64,000 nucleotides of DNA from an uncultured Clostridia bacterium (GTDB taxonomy: Bacteria > Bacillota > Clostridia > Christensenellales > CAG-917). This document shows, one piece after another, positions 29,988 to 40,375 of the stretch. Under the pieces are notes generated by a model. The model was given only the letters and a program-made list of their open reading frames with translations. It was not told the DNA's origin and ran no database searches. How positions within the stretch are numbered: the stretch's first letter is position 1; each line of letters begins with the position of its first letter. Where the stretch lies: NCBI GenBank assembly GCA_947589475.1, contig CANQBO010000004.1, positions 2,547 through 66,546 of the forward strand. Reading direction: 5' to 3'. A program made the position numbers and the translations under genes.

Positions 29988-32462
29988 TCATTCCGCCTTC
30001 TTTGCCTTCTTCTTGACGGAGTCGGGTTTGCGGTATTTCTTTTTGAAACCGCCGAGGAATTTGCAAAAGCCGCCGCGTTTGCCGTTTACCATATCCACGA
30101 GACCTTCGAGGGTGCGCTCGGAAATTATCGTAGGCGCCCATTGCACTGTGCACCTCAAAGGCATATCGAGGGCGGAGTTTATGATCATCTCGGGGTTCTC
30201 AGCGGACTTTGCCACAAGTTTGCAACCGAATTTGACGACGCCCGTGATGAATCTGCCCCACGGCGACACGCTGACTTGTCCGAGGCTGTTGTTGCAAGTA
30301 AGCTCGCCCTTCTTATAGGCGGAGTTGTCGGGAATTGCGTGAGACAGCAATGCCTCGAAATCCTTATCGGGGACCTCGCCGCCCTTAAGCGAATAATAGT
30401 AGGGCGCAGTCTTATGGTAGTCGGGGATGGGCGCGTCGGGGTTTGCGCTCTCGACATAGACGCGTGCGGTGAGTTTGATGTCGCGCGAGGACGCTCCGAC
30501 CAAAATGTCGAAGTCGCCGCTTTCGATGTGCCAATCGTTGATGTTGACGTTGTAATATGCGAAGGCGCGGCTGTCGAGGTTTATGGAGATCTCTTTTTCT
30601 TCACCCGGTTTCAGATAGACTTTCTTGAAGCCTTTCAGCTCCTTGACGGGACGGAATATAGTGCTCTCGACGTCGCTAACATACAGCTCGGCGACTTCCG
30701 CTCCCGCAACTGTGCCCGTATTTTTGACCTTGAATGTCACGGTGAGTGGCTCGCCCTCCTTTATCCTGTCCGCGGACAGTTTGAGGTCGCCGTATTCAAA
30801 CGTCGTGTAGCTCAAACCGTAGCCGAAGGGGTAGCGCACGGGCTTGTTCGCCTTGTCGAAATAGCGATAGCCGATGTACACGCTCTCGCGATACTCCACG
30901 GTGCGCGGACCCATGGGGAAGTATTTGGACACTATGTTGTCCTCGCCCTTGACGGGGAATGTCTCGGGAAGCTTGCCCGATGGATTGACCGCGCCGTACA
31001 GCACGTCGTACGCCGCCTCGCCGACGGCTTGTCCGCCTATGTAGAGGTTGAGTATGGATTTGACGTCCTTCTCCCATTCGCCGAGTACGACGGGCGCGCC
31101 TATGGACAGCACGACTATGACGTTTTTGTTGACCTTGAGCAGTTCGCTCACAAGCAAGTTGTGCGCCTCGGGCATGTTGAGGTGAGAGCGGTCGTAGCCC
31201 TCCGATTCGTAGGCGTCCGTGAGACCTATGAACACCACGACTTTATCCTTTCCCTCCGCCGTTTTGAGCGCCTGTTTCAACAGTTTTTTGCTCATGCCGT
31301 CGCCATTGAGGGTGTAGCCGTCCGCATATTCGTATGCCTGTCCCGCCTCGTCGAGGGCGTCCGTAAAGGATACGATCTTTGTCGCGGCGATGTGGCTCGA
31401 TCCCGCGCCTTGAAAACGCGCTTGCTTTGCGAGTTTGCCGATGACAGCGATCTTCTCCGTCTTTTTGAGGGGTAGGGCGCCGTCCTCGTTTTTGAGCAGT
31501 ACCGCGCTGTTTGCCGCGGCTTTTCTTGCGATCTTATGATTTTTCTCGAAATCGGTCTTGTGACCCTCGACTTCGCGCTCTCTGTTTTCAAAGGCGAACT
31601 TTATCATTCTCAGCGCGATCCTGTCAAGATCCTCTTCCTTCAGCGAGCCGTCGTTGACCGCGGCGATTATCTTGCGGTCGTTGAGGCCCTTGTTGCCGGG
31701 CATCTCGAGGTCCAGCCCCGCTCTTACGCCCTCTATACGGTCGTTGACCGCGCCCCAGTCGCTGACTACGATGCCTTTATACCCCCATTCGTCGCGCAAT
31801 ACGTCCGTGAGCATGCGCTTGTTGTCCGAAAGATAGGTGCCGTTGAGACGATTGTACGAGCACATCACCGTTGTGGGCTGTTCCTCCTTAACGATGCGCT
31901 CGAAAGCGGGCATGTATATCTCGCGCAGTGCGCGCTCGTCCACGACGGAACTTATGTTCATACGGATATGTTCCTCATTGTTGGCAAGGAAGTGCTTGAG
32001 CGATGTGCCGACGTTTTCCTTTTGTACGCCGTGTACCCACGCTCCGCCCATAACGCCCGCAAGGTAGGGGTCCTCGGAAAAATATTCGAAGTTTCTGCCG
32101 CACAGGGGACTGCGCTTGATGTTGACGCCGGGACCCAAAACCGTGCAAACCTTGAGACCCTTTGCCTCGTCCGCTATAGCCGCGCCCACTTCCTCAAGCA
32201 GAGCGGGATCCCAGCTTGCCGCCGTCGCCGCCGCGCCCGGGAAGCATGTCGCGGGTTCGGACGAACCCATGATGTTGGTTCCGTTGGACTTCTGCTTTTC
32301 CTTCCTCAGACCGCTCGGCCCGTCCGACACCCAAACCGCGGGGATGTCGATGTCGTCGCGCTTGATGGGTTGCGTGAGCCAGTTGGTAGACCCCGAACAA
32401 AGCGACGCTTTTTCCTCAAGCGTAAGCTTTGACAGTATCGCCTTATAATCTTTTTCTGTCAT
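29988..32462 (-). CDS. Glycoside hydrolase family 3 beta-glucosidase with Fn3-like domain
   Basis: SDGPSGLRK, GRNFEYFSEDP, LKHF, VVSDWGA nucleophile, ESEGYDR, YPFGYGLSYT. Confidence 0.95.
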   Translation of the reverse strand: MTEKDYKAILSKLTLEEKASLCSGSTNWLTQPIKRDDIDIPAVWVSDGPSGLRKEKQKSNGTNIMGSSEPATCFPGAAATAASWDPALLEEVGAAIADEAKGLKVCTVLGPGVNIKRSPLCGRNFEYFSEDPYLAGVMGGAWVHGVQKENVGTSLKHFLANNEEHIRMNISSVVDERALREIYMPAFERIVKEEQPTTVMCSYNRLNGTYLSDNKRMLTDVLRDEWGYKGIVVSDWGAVNDRIEGVRAGLDLEMPGNKGLNDRKIIAAVNDGSLKEEDLDRIALRMIKFAFENREREVEGHKTDFEKNHKIARKAAANSAVLLKNEDGALPLKKTEKIAVIGKLAKQARFQGAGSSHIAATKIVSFTDALDEAGQAYEYADGYTLNGDGMSKKLLKQALKTAEGKDKVVVFIGLTDAYESEGYDRSHLNMPEAHNLLVSELLKVNKNVIVVLSIGAPVVLGEWEKDVKSILNLYIGGQAVGEAAYDVLYGAVNPSGKLPETFPVKGEDNIVSKYFPMGPRTVEYRESVYIGYRYFDKANKPVRYPFGYGLSYTTFEYGDLKLSADRIKEGEPLTVTFKVKNTGTVAGAEVAELYVSDVESTIFRPVKELKGFKKVYLKPGEEKEISINLDSRAFAYYNVNINDWHIESGDFDILVGASSRDIKLTARVYVESANPDAPIPDYHKTAPYYYSLKGGEVPDKDFEALLSHAIPDNSAYKKGELTCNNSLGQVSVSPWGRFITGVVKFGCKLVAKSAENPEMIINSALDMPLRCTVQWAPTIISERTLEGLVDMVNGKRGGFCKFLGGFKKKYRKPDSVKKKAKKAE

Positions 32463-32599
32463 AATTTCCTCCAAAAAAATGTATGAACATACAATTATAG
32501 ATATATTATACATTAAATAAATCGCCCTTGCAATAGTCATTTGACCACTTTTCGCGATTTAGAGCGGGAAACGCCCTCGCTTGCATTTTGCTTGCCTTA

Positions 32600-33560
32600 T
32601 GTCGAGCGTATAAGTGCTCGGACAGAGTTCCCATTATAAGTAGGGACCCCCACCACCCGTTTGCATTTGCTCAATACCCTCGCCCATTACGAAGTAAGGG
32701 CGATAAGGGCACACTGCCCATTTACCCCGCAAAATCACTACGTAATTTTGTGGGGACCCCTTAGAGGCTCAGACATGCTTTGAATTTAGCACGCAAAAAA
32801 CATAACGCTTCACAATTCTCTTACCCCATAAAATTCGTTCCACACGCTGTACATTTCTGCACTGTTTTACATTGTCACTCATTATTATGGGGACCCCAAA
32901 ACAGCTCGGACAAATGTTGCGTTAGAAATGCTCATGGCTCGCGCCTTTTGCGCTTGGGGACGCGGGCTTACGCCCGCTTATTTATTACGGGACCCCCACC
33001 ACCCGCGAAATTTTCGCGGGAGCCTCCCCCTATACTCACGTTTGTCTGAGCGACATCGGGGTCCCCACGAAAAGTATTTTTCGTGGGGTAAATCAAGGGA
33101 GATGCCTACGCTTAGACAAAGTTTTCGTTATATGCTCGGATAAACTTCTCATTATCCGCTTTGGGCATACCCCTTTACAGCGTGAGTGTAGGAACGTTAT
33201 CGGGGGTCCCCATAATAATGAGTGACGATGTCACTTTTTAAATAATCATTACGCGAGTGGAACGAATTTTATGGGGTGATTTTAGGGGGAGGCTCCGCGT
33301 GAAAGCAAGCGGGCGTAAGCCCGCGTCCCCAAGCGCAAAAAATAGCAAGCCATGAGCATTTCTGTCTTCAAAGGCTAGCTTCTTGACAAATGCAGAATTG
33401 TGAAGCGTACATTTTTTGCGCGCGGAGTGGCGTAGCATTTGCGGTGGGCTTATATAGCACCTTGCTCTGCAATGGTGCCCAGCCCTGAGCAAATGCAAGC
33501 GGGTGGTGGGGGTCCCGAGAAAACACTCGGACAGAGGATGCTTTATGGAAGCGGGCATGG
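32600..33560. repeat. Second mosaic REP/MITE-like island with large imperfect internal inverted symmetry
   Basis: Pairs 32643-32677/33487-33520, 32822-32897/33203-33279, 32924-32980/33308-33363; 33160-33410 is an inverted copy of about 4395-4600. Confidence 0.85.
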
Positions 33561-33614
33561 CAAACGTAAATTATGAGTGCGTTCAGGCTAAGCGATGAGA
33601 CCGGCGTAAATATT

Positions 33615-33845
33615 AAGTTCTCACGCGGGAGTTTGTGCCATACGCACAATAAAAAACGCAAGCGACGGCAAGAAATTGCCTAGCTCGCGTTTTTAGCTTG
33701 GGACCCAAAGGGCAAATCGCCATATGCCGAGGCGCGGGGTGCATGTGGCGTGTGGGGCGAAAAGCCCCGCATAGAACGCAAAAAGCCCTGCGTGGAGCGA
33801 TGAAGTCCCTTGTCGAGGGCGCGGGGTGGAACCCCGCATACGGCG
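33615..33845 (-). repeat. Composite 3' element copy 3 after cdaA
   Basis: Reverse strand reads CCAAGCTAAAAACGCGAGC..GCTTGCGTTTTTT..CAAACTCCCGCGTGAGAAC. Confidence 0.75.
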
Positions 33846-33857
33846 CGGGTCCTGAAA

Positions 33858-34727
33858 TCAATAAAATCTGCCCGTCTTGCTGCGTTTTTTCTTTTTGTGG
33901 GAGTTGGCTTCGCGCATGGCGATGGCGGTGGGGGAGATTCCGTAGGCTTCCTCGATCTCGTCCTTGAGTTTGTCCATGGTCATATAGCGTTTGATCTCGC
34001 CGTGTTTGACGACGGAAATTATGCCCGTTTCCTCGCTGACGACGATGGAGAGCACGTCCGTTTCTTCTGTGACGCCGATGGCGGCGCGGTGGCGGGTGCC
34101 CATTTCCTTGTTGACGTTGCGCTGGGTGAGCGTGAGGAAGCAACCTGCGGCGACGATCTTATTGCCGCGTACTATGACGGCGCCGTCGTGAAGGGGCGCT
34201 TTGGTGTTGAAGATGCTCTCGAGCAGGGGAGCGGAGAGGGTAGCGCCGAGGCGGGTGCCCGTGTCGAGGATATTATCGTGAATGTCGCCGACGGAGTCTA
34301 TGATTATGATCGCGCCGACGTCCTGTTTTGACATATCCTGACATGCGGTGAGAATTTCCGCGGTGGCTTCTCTAAGCTCGTCGTCGCTGGTGTGCATCTC
34401 AAATTGCCGCTGTTGGCTGGACACCTTTTGGAAGATGTTTTTGAAGTCGTTTTGATAGACGACGCAGGCGCACACGATGTCGAAGATGACGACATAGTGC
34501 ATGATGTACTTCGCCACCTCGAGAATGTGCTTTTCGGGGTAGTAGGCGGAGAGAGTCTGCACGGCTATTTCGAGCACGCAGCCGAGCAAGAGCAGACAGA
34601 GCACCTTGACGTTGCGCTTGTAGATGAAAAAGAGCAACATAACCACGAGCACTACGACCAAAATGACCGCGTCTATGGCGGCAAAGGGGCCTATGTTTTT
34701 TGCAAATTCAACAAAATTGTAATCCAT
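33858..34727 (-). CDS. cdaA: Diadenylate cyclase CdaA (DisA_N/DAC domain)
   Basis: Three N-terminal TM helices; PLHDGAV, GTRHRAAIG, VSEETG. Confidence 0.93.
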   Translation of the reverse strand: MDYNFVEFAKNIGPFAAIDAVILVVVLVVMLLFFIYKRNVKVLCLLLLGCVLEIAVQTLSAYYPEKHILEVAKYIMHYVVIFDIVCACVVYQNDFKNIFQKVSSQQRQFEMHTSDDELREATAEILTACQDMSKQDVGAIIIIDSVGDIHDNILDTGTRLGATLSAPLLESIFNTKAPLHDGAVIVRGNKIVAAGCFLTLTQRNVNKEMGTRHRAAIGVTEETDVLSIVVSEETGIISVVKHGEIKRYMTMDKLKDEIEEAYGISPTAIAMREANSHKKKKRSKTGRFY

Positions 34728-34777
34728 ATATTCCTCTCATCCCGCAGTGGGAATAAAACTTTTTCAAAAGTCTAAGC

Positions 34778-35647
34778 TCAGATGTCGAACTCGTCGAACA
34801 CTTTGTCGTCGTCGTTATTATCCGAGCCGTCCGGTCGTTCGTTGCCAAAGACGTCCGCCGCGTCCGTGCGAACGGTGTAGGGTGCGTCGGTATGCACGTC
34901 ATAGTAGCTCCCGCGAGTGGCGGGGTCGAGGAAGAGGTGCGCCTTTTTCTTGAGCAACTCGCCGAGCACGATGATCGCGACGAGATAGGCGACGTAAACC
35001 GCCATACCCGTGACGCAACCCGCCGTGAGCATGGTGAGGTTTGCAGTGATGTCGACGTTGAACATCTCCGAAAGAAGCTCGGGCGTGTCCATAAGTATGA
35101 GCACGGCGCCGTTGCCGAGTATCGCCTTTATGCCGCCTCCTATCATAAACCACATAGCCCACGAGCGGAAGGCGTTGTATTCCTCGGCGGGATTGAAGCG
35201 ATAGACGCGTTTGAACACGACGAAGAACATTACGAGCATAGCCGCGCCGTTAAAGAGCGTGGACAAAAAGCCCGTCGTGCAAAAGAGCACATTCTCGTTG
35301 AGCAACCCGAAAATGCCGATAAAGCCCATGAGCAGACGGGAGCCTGCAATGAACAGCATGACAAAATACATAAAGTCCGAGCGCGATATGCAACGCACAT
35401 AGCGCATGAAACCGAAGTGATAGACTATAAATGCGAACAGCATGCAAAGAAGAGTCGGGACGATGACGTCCCCAAACAGCATCTCGAGGACGGTTATGAC
35501 GATGTTGAGGCGCGTCATATCCGCCGCCGAAGCCGCGAGAAGCGCGCACGTAGAGTATATGTCATAAAAATTGCACACCAGCGTTGCGAAAAACAGTCCC
35601 AAAAGTATGGGAACATGATACTTTTTGTCAAGTTTGTTCGGTACCAT
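34778..35647 (-). CDS. Hypothetical multi-pass membrane protein
   Basis: About 6 hydrophobic helices, AAGGAGG RBS, acidic tail; between holA and cdaA. Confidence 0.8.
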   Translation of the reverse strand: MVPNKLDKKYHVPILLGLFFATLVCNFYDIYSTCALLAASAADMTRLNIVITVLEMLFGDVIVPTLLCMLFAFIVYHFGFMRYVRCISRSDFMYFVMLFIAGSRLLMGFIGIFGLLNENVLFCTTGFLSTLFNGAAMLVMFFVVFKRVYRFNPAEEYNAFRSWAMWFMIGGGIKAILGNGAVLILMDTPELLSEMFNVDITANLTMLTAGCVTGMAVYVAYLVAIIVLGELLKKKAHLFLDPATRGSYYDVHTDAPYTVRTDAADVFGNERPDGSDNNDDDKVFDEFDI

Positions 35648-35656
35648 AGCGCCTCC

Positions 35657-36634
35657 TTATTGCGTTGCCAAAAGCGTGAGTATCGCCTCGCTCAGAGCGC
35701 TCGCTTCGCTACGCTCGCCGCTGACGAACTCGTATTGCAGAGAGTGCAGAAGATCCACGATGGCTTTTAGTCGCACCTGAGAATAATTTTCCGCGCTCTT
35801 TCTCAAAAAATACACCTGTCCCTGCTTTTTGAAGCCGAATATCTTTGCGAGTTGCTCGTTGCTCATGTCCTTGTTGAGGGAAATGTGGAGCATGCGCCTG
35901 TAGCGCTCGTATATCGCCGCAAGCAACACGTGCTCGGGTATTCCGCTCTTCAAAATGGCGTCCGTGACCGTGAGCGCTCTCCCCGCGTCGCGGTTTGCGA
36001 CCGCCTCGGACAAGATGTACGTCTGATATTCTATGTCCGACGCGACCATCTGCGTTACGTCTGCTCGCGCGACTCCGTCGGGCGAATAAGCCTTGAGCTT
36101 TTTTGCCTCGCCGACTATGCGCGCAAGCGAGCCTTGCGTGCGGGTGATAAGCTCCTCAACAGCGGCGTTTTCTACGGGTACGGCGGGAGGAGATGAAAAC
36201 TGCTCGCGCACGAAATCTCTAAGCTCCTCGTCCGAAAGAGCGGCGCAGGACACGGACTCGATATTTTTGCCCTTGAAAAGCTTTGCGCCTTCCCTCACAT
36301 CCGCGACAAGAATCGCTTCTGAGGCGGGAGAGTCGAGATATGCCTTGAGTTTTGCCGTTTCGTCCTCGTTCAAATCGTCCTTTTCAAGCACGCACACCCT
36401 GCGTATGTCGAAAACGGGGAAGGTGTAAAGCGTCTCTATCGCCTCGCCGACATCGGACGTCTTTGAAAAGTTCATGTCTTTAAATCCCGAGTCGAGCGTT
36501 TCGCCGAAGAGACGTTTCGCCTCGTGCAAAAGATATTCGTCCTCGCCCGTAAGGAAATAGGCGGCGGCAAATGTGCCTCCGTTGACGGCGTCGTTGAGAT
36601 GCGTCTTAAGCTCGGAATACTTCAACGCTTTCAC
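35657..36634 (-). CDS. holA: DNA polymerase III subunit delta
   Basis: YFLTGEDEYL, TFPVF..RRV, EAKKL, C-terminal collar pattern; typical length. Confidence 0.85.
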   Translation of the reverse strand: MKALKYSELKTHLNDAVNGGTFAAAYFLTGEDEYLLHEAKRLFGETLDSGFKDMNFSKTSDVGEAIETLYTFPVFDIRRVCVLEKDDLNEDETAKLKAYLDSPASEAILVADVREGAKLFKGKNIESVSCAALSDEELRDFVREQFSSPPAVPVENAAVEELITRTQGSLARIVGEAKKLKAYSPDGVARADVTQMVASDIEYQTYILSEAVANRDAGRALTVTDAILKSGIPEHVLLAAIYERYRRMLHISLNKDMSNEQLAKIFGFKKQGQVYFLRKSAENYSQVRLKAIVDLLHSLQYEFVSGERSEASALSEAILTLLATQ

Positions 36635-36717
36635 CTCGATTTATTTATTATTATAATATCATCATTTTGAATGTATGTAAAGGAAAAATAACTTAGGACA
36701 TCTCAAAATTCGGGGCA

Positions 36718-36746
36718 TTTACTTTTGCGAGAGGGTGTGATATAAT
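36718..36746 (+). promoter_or_regulatory. Sigma70 promoter
   Basis: TTTACT-17 bp-TATAAT with extended -10 TG. Confidence 0.6.
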
Positions 36747-36848
36747 GTTTTTATCATAGGCAGTGCGTCGCCGCAAGCAAGCGCCAGATCGCAAAATAAG
36801 CGCTTTATACGGCAAAAAACGTGTCTAAAATGCCGATAGGAGGAAATT

Positions 36849-38180
36849 ATGTGTGCAAAGATAGCCGTTGTGGGTTTGGGACAAGGGGGCGCGTGCGCCG
36901 CGTATCACCTTGCGAGAGCGGGGCACGACGTCACGGTTTTCGAGAGGAGCGCAAGAGGCGAGACGGGCTATGAATGGCAGGACGACATACGTTCGGACAT
37001 ATTTTCGCTCTGTGATATGCCCATGCCGAGCGAGGACGTATACGAGCAAAAGCGCAAGTGGCTTTTCGTTTCGCCCAACCGACAACACTCTCTTCCCGTG
37101 CCGCCGCTTCCGCCCATGGAGGAAATATCCGTGCACAGGCGGGGTCTTTGCGAGTACTTCGCGAGGCAGATAGAGGGCGCGGGCGGAAAGCTGAGATTTG
37201 CCACTCCCGTGAGCGCGCTTCTCATCGAAAATGATAAGGTGGCAGGCATTAAGACGGCTGAGGGCGAGGAGCGCTTCGACCTCGTCATAGACGCAAGCGG
37301 CATGAGATCGCCATTTCGCGGACAGCTCCCGAAGAAGTTTTGCGTGCAGGCTATGCCCGAGGATGAGGGCGTACTTTACGGCTACCGCGCGTTTTTCCAT
37401 AGGGTCGCGGGCGCGGATACGCGCGAGAAGGACATTGAGAGCACTATGGTCCTTAAGCATATGGGGAAGGCGGGCATAAGCTGGTGTAACCTCGTCGGCG
37501 AGGACAGAGTGGACGTGCTCATAGGCAGGCTTGGCGGCTTGAGCGACGAGGATATTGCCGAGGCAATGGAGGATCTGAGGGCACATAACGCCATACTGTC
37601 AAGAGATATGTATTTCGGACAGCGCGTGCAGATTTGTTTAAGAGGCACTATACCCGTCGGCGTCGCGGACGGCTACGTCGCGGTGGGGGACAGCGCGTTT
37701 GAGACAATGCCACTCATGGGCAGCGGGATAGAGTCGTCCATGAAGGCGGGCAAGATGCTGGCGGACTGCATAGCCGAAGGAAACGACTTTTCTGCCGTCG
37801 GACTTTGGGGCTATTGGACAAAGTGGATGAAGGAGTTCGGCGCGGGTTTCGCGTTTATAGACGTGCTTAAGAGATGGGCGCTCAACATAGATCCGAAACA
37901 GATAGATTGGGTGTTCGGCGGCGGGCTTATTGAGAAGAGCGACCTCGCGCTTGTAAGCACGGACACGAACGGAGCAAAACCCAAGATACCCGCGAAGTCA
38001 ATATTCAAAAAGATAGGGCTGTTGCTCGGGCGGCCGTCGCTGACCTTCCCCGCGATAGGGTGCGTAGTCAGGGCGCTTAAGGCGAAGAGCGTAGCCGCGC
38101 ATATCCCAAAAAAGTATGACGAAAATAAGATCGCAAAATGGGCGAAAAAATATACAAAACGCCTCTGCGCATGCGAGTAA
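36849..38180 (+). CDS. FAD-dependent oxidoreductase, geranylgeranyl reductase-like
   Basis: VVGLGQGG Rossmann motif, LVIDASG, VGDSA..PLMGSGI. Confidence 0.85.
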   Translation: MCAKIAVVGLGQGGACAAYHLARAGHDVTVFERSARGETGYEWQDDIRSDIFSLCDMPMPSEDVYEQKRKWLFVSPNRQHSLPVPPLPPMEEISVHRRGLCEYFARQIEGAGGKLRFATPVSALLIENDKVAGIKTAEGEERFDLVIDASGMRSPFRGQLPKKFCVQAMPEDEGVLYGYRAFFHRVAGADTREKDIESTMVLKHMGKAGISWCNLVGEDRVDVLIGRLGGLSDEDIAEAMEDLRAHNAILSRDMYFGQRVQICLRGTIPVGVADGYVAVGDSAFETMPLMGSGIESSMKAGKMLADCIAEGNDFSAVGLWGYWTKWMKEFGAGFAFIDVLKRWALNIDPKQIDWVFGGGLIEKSDLALVSTDTNGAKPKIPAKSIFKKIGLLLGRPSLTFPAIGCVVRALKAKSVAAHIPKKYDENKIAKWAKKYTKRLCACE

Positions 38181-38220
38181 AAGAGCTAATTGGGGTCGAT
38201 ATTTTGAGGTCGTGACATCT

Positions 38221-39051
38221 ATGGAGATTACGTACAGAATTGCGAGGATGGGTCTGCACTACTTTGAGGAGCCGTGCATTTCGGGAGAGCGGGGCAGTGG
38301 CACCGTATTCTTTTCGGGTTGCAATTTGAGGTGCGCGTTCTGTCAAAATTTCGAGATCTCGCATGGCGGCAAGGGTATGGAAGTCGCCGAGGAAAAACTT
38401 ATATTCGGCATGAAAAAGCTTGCGGCGGCGGGCGCGCACAACATAAACCTTGTCACGCCGTCAAATTTCACAAATCAGCTGATTCATACGCTTAAAGTTG
38501 CAAAATCGACGCTTAAAGTGCCTGTTGTGTGGAATAGCAGCGGATATGAGACTGTCGAAAATCTGAAAAAACTCGAGGGACTTGTCGATATATTTCTGCC
38601 CGACTTCAAGTATAGCGACGACTCGCTCGCGTGGGAGTATTCGCATGCAAAAAACTATAGTAATGTCGCGCGCGCGGCGATCGCGGAAATGAGGCGGCAA
38701 CAGCCTTACGACGTTTTTGACGGGGACGGCATGATGAAGCGGGGCGTCATAGTCCGCCACCTCGTATTGCCGGGCGCGATCGAAAATACTCGGGGCGTGA
38801 TACGCGACATAGCGGGTATAGACAAGTCCCTGTACGTCAGCGTGATGGGGCAGTATTTTCCCACTCCCGCCGTCAAGGATCACCCTACGCTCGGGCGCAG
38901 GCTGTCGCAAGAGGAGTACGACGCGGCGACGGACGCTTTTTTTGCCGCGGGGCTTGCAAACGGCTTTTCACAGGAGCTTGACAGCGCGATAGAGGACTAT
39001 GTGCCTTCTTTCGACCTCGTCGCTTTGCGCGAATTTTTGGAATTAAGATAA
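38221..39051 (+). CDS. pflX: Radical SAM protein, PflX family
   Basis: HYFEEPCISG..GSGTVFFSGCNLRCAFCQN, NINLVTP, LPDFKY, IVRHLVLPG; ATG 38221 after GAGG. Confidence 0.85.
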   Translation: MEITYRIARMGLHYFEEPCISGERGSGTVFFSGCNLRCAFCQNFEISHGGKGMEVAEEKLIFGMKKLAAAGAHNINLVTPSNFTNQLIHTLKVAKSTLKVPVVWNSSGYETVENLKKLEGLVDIFLPDFKYSDDSLAWEYSHAKNYSNVARAAIAEMRRQQPYDVFDGDGMMKRGVIVRHLVLPGAIENTRGVIRDIAGIDKSLYVSVMGQYFPTPAVKDHPTLGRRLSQEEYDAATDAFFAAGLANGFSQELDSAIEDYVPSFDLVALREFLELR

Positions 39052-39063
39052 TAGGAGGTCGCT

Positions 39064-39597
39064 ATGACAGACGGTATTGTTTTAATGGACGGCGTTATGC
39101 TTGAGAGAACGCTTAAAAGGATCGCTCATGAGATAGTCGAAAAAAACGGAGGGACGGAGGATCTTGTGCTTGTCGGGATAAAGACGCGCGGAGTACCTAT
39201 GGCTAGTCGCATCGCAAACAGCATCGAAACGATCGAAGGCGCGAGACCGCCTCTCGGGTCGCTCGACATCACCCTCTATCGCGACGATCTCTCTCAAATA
39301 GGAGAAGTGCCGACTGTAAAAGGCAGTGAAATTCCTTGTGATATAAGAGATAAAAACGTTGTTCTGCTCGATGATGTCCTCTTCACCGGAAGGACGGTTA
39401 GAGCGGCAATAGAAGCTCTGTTGCATTTCGGACGTCCGCGCACGGTACAGCTTGCCGTGCTTATCGACAGAGGGCACAGGGAGCTGCCGATAAGAGCGGA
39501 CTATGTCGGTAAAAACGTACCTACTTCTTTGCATGAAAGCATTGCCGTGCACTTTTATGAAACGGACGGCGAAAATTGCGTAGCGCTTATTAAATGA
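39064..39597 (+). CDS. pyrR: Pyrimidine regulatory protein / UPRTase PyrR
   Basis: [47 protein letters not shown]. Confidence 0.97.
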   Translation: MTDGIVLMDGVMLERTLKRIAHEIVEKNGGTEDLVLVGIKTRGVPMASRIANSIETIEGARPPLGSLDITLYRDDLSQIGEVPTVKGSEIPCDIRDKNVVLLDDVLFTGRTVRAAIEALLHFGRPRTVQLAVLIDRGHRELPIRADYVGKNVPTSLHESIAVHFYETDGENCVALIK

Positions 39598-39674
39598 CTT
39601 TTAGTATATTTAAAGTAATATTCAATAATAGCGCACAAGAATAGCGCACAAGCGGAAATTGGATAGGAGAGTTA

Positions 39675-40094
39675 TTAAAGTTCTTCCTCCGTTATAACTT
39701 CAAATCCTTCTGCGAGCAGGAGACGGGCGGTCATTCCGTTGCCTTCTGTTTTGGTGCCGCTGAAAGTGCCGTCGTAAATCTTTCCTTTGCCGCACGAGGG
39801 GCTGTTCGCTTTTAACACACATAGCGCCACCCGATTATTTTTTGCGATTTCAAGCGCTAAGCGGGCGCCGCGCAAGTATTGTTCGGTGACGTCGTCGCCG
39901 TTTGAAGCGAGTACTTTGTCTCCGACGATCTCCCCGGGGAGCCGCGGAGTAGGCAAGCCGCCGAGCACCTCGGGACATACGGGGATAAGCTCCGCCTCGC
40001 TTGAAAGAGCGAGCGCTTTTTCGTTTTTGCAATTGTCTCCTTTGTAGCGGCAGTTGTATCCTAAAAGGCAAGCGCTTACGAGTATTTTTTTCAT
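39675..40094 (-). CDS. DUF523 / TudS thiouracil desulfidase family protein
   Basis: SACLLG..CRY, PVCPEVLGGL.TPR, SPSCG motifs carrying the conserved cysteines. Confidence 0.9.
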   Translation of the reverse strand: MKKILVSACLLGYNCRYKGDNCKNEKALALSSEAELIPVCPEVLGGLPTPRLPGEIVGDKVLASNGDDVTEQYLRGARLALEIAKNNRVALCVLKANSPSCGKGKIYDGTFSGTKTEGNGMTARLLLAEGFEVITEEEL

Positions 40095-40206
40095 TTTTTC
40101 ACTCCAAAGACAGATAAATCAATTATACACGAAAGCCACATTTTTTGCAATATTCAACTTGATATGCCACGATGCGTGTTTTATGCGACATTTTGTCGGT
40201 TTTTGT

Positions 40207-40333
40207 TTGACTTTGCCGACCGAATATGGTATCTTTCTAGAAGAAAATCTTTAAGAGCGATACGGGATATCGACAAGATTGTGCAAATTCTTCGTAAACG
40301 TTACCTTGTCATATCCTATGGCAAGGTTTTTTT
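40207..40333 (+). promoter_or_regulatory. Promoter plus PyrR-type attenuator of uraA-upp-upp
   Basis: TTGACT-17-TATCTT; stem AATCTT..AAGATT (40246-40280) with CTTTAA and CGGGA loop; terminator 40303-40333; antiterminator pairing GGATATCGACAAG/CTTGTCATATCC. Confidence 0.7.
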
Positions 40334-40375
40334 AAAGGTTTTCACTACTCGGAAATCAATTTAAGGAGATATTTT

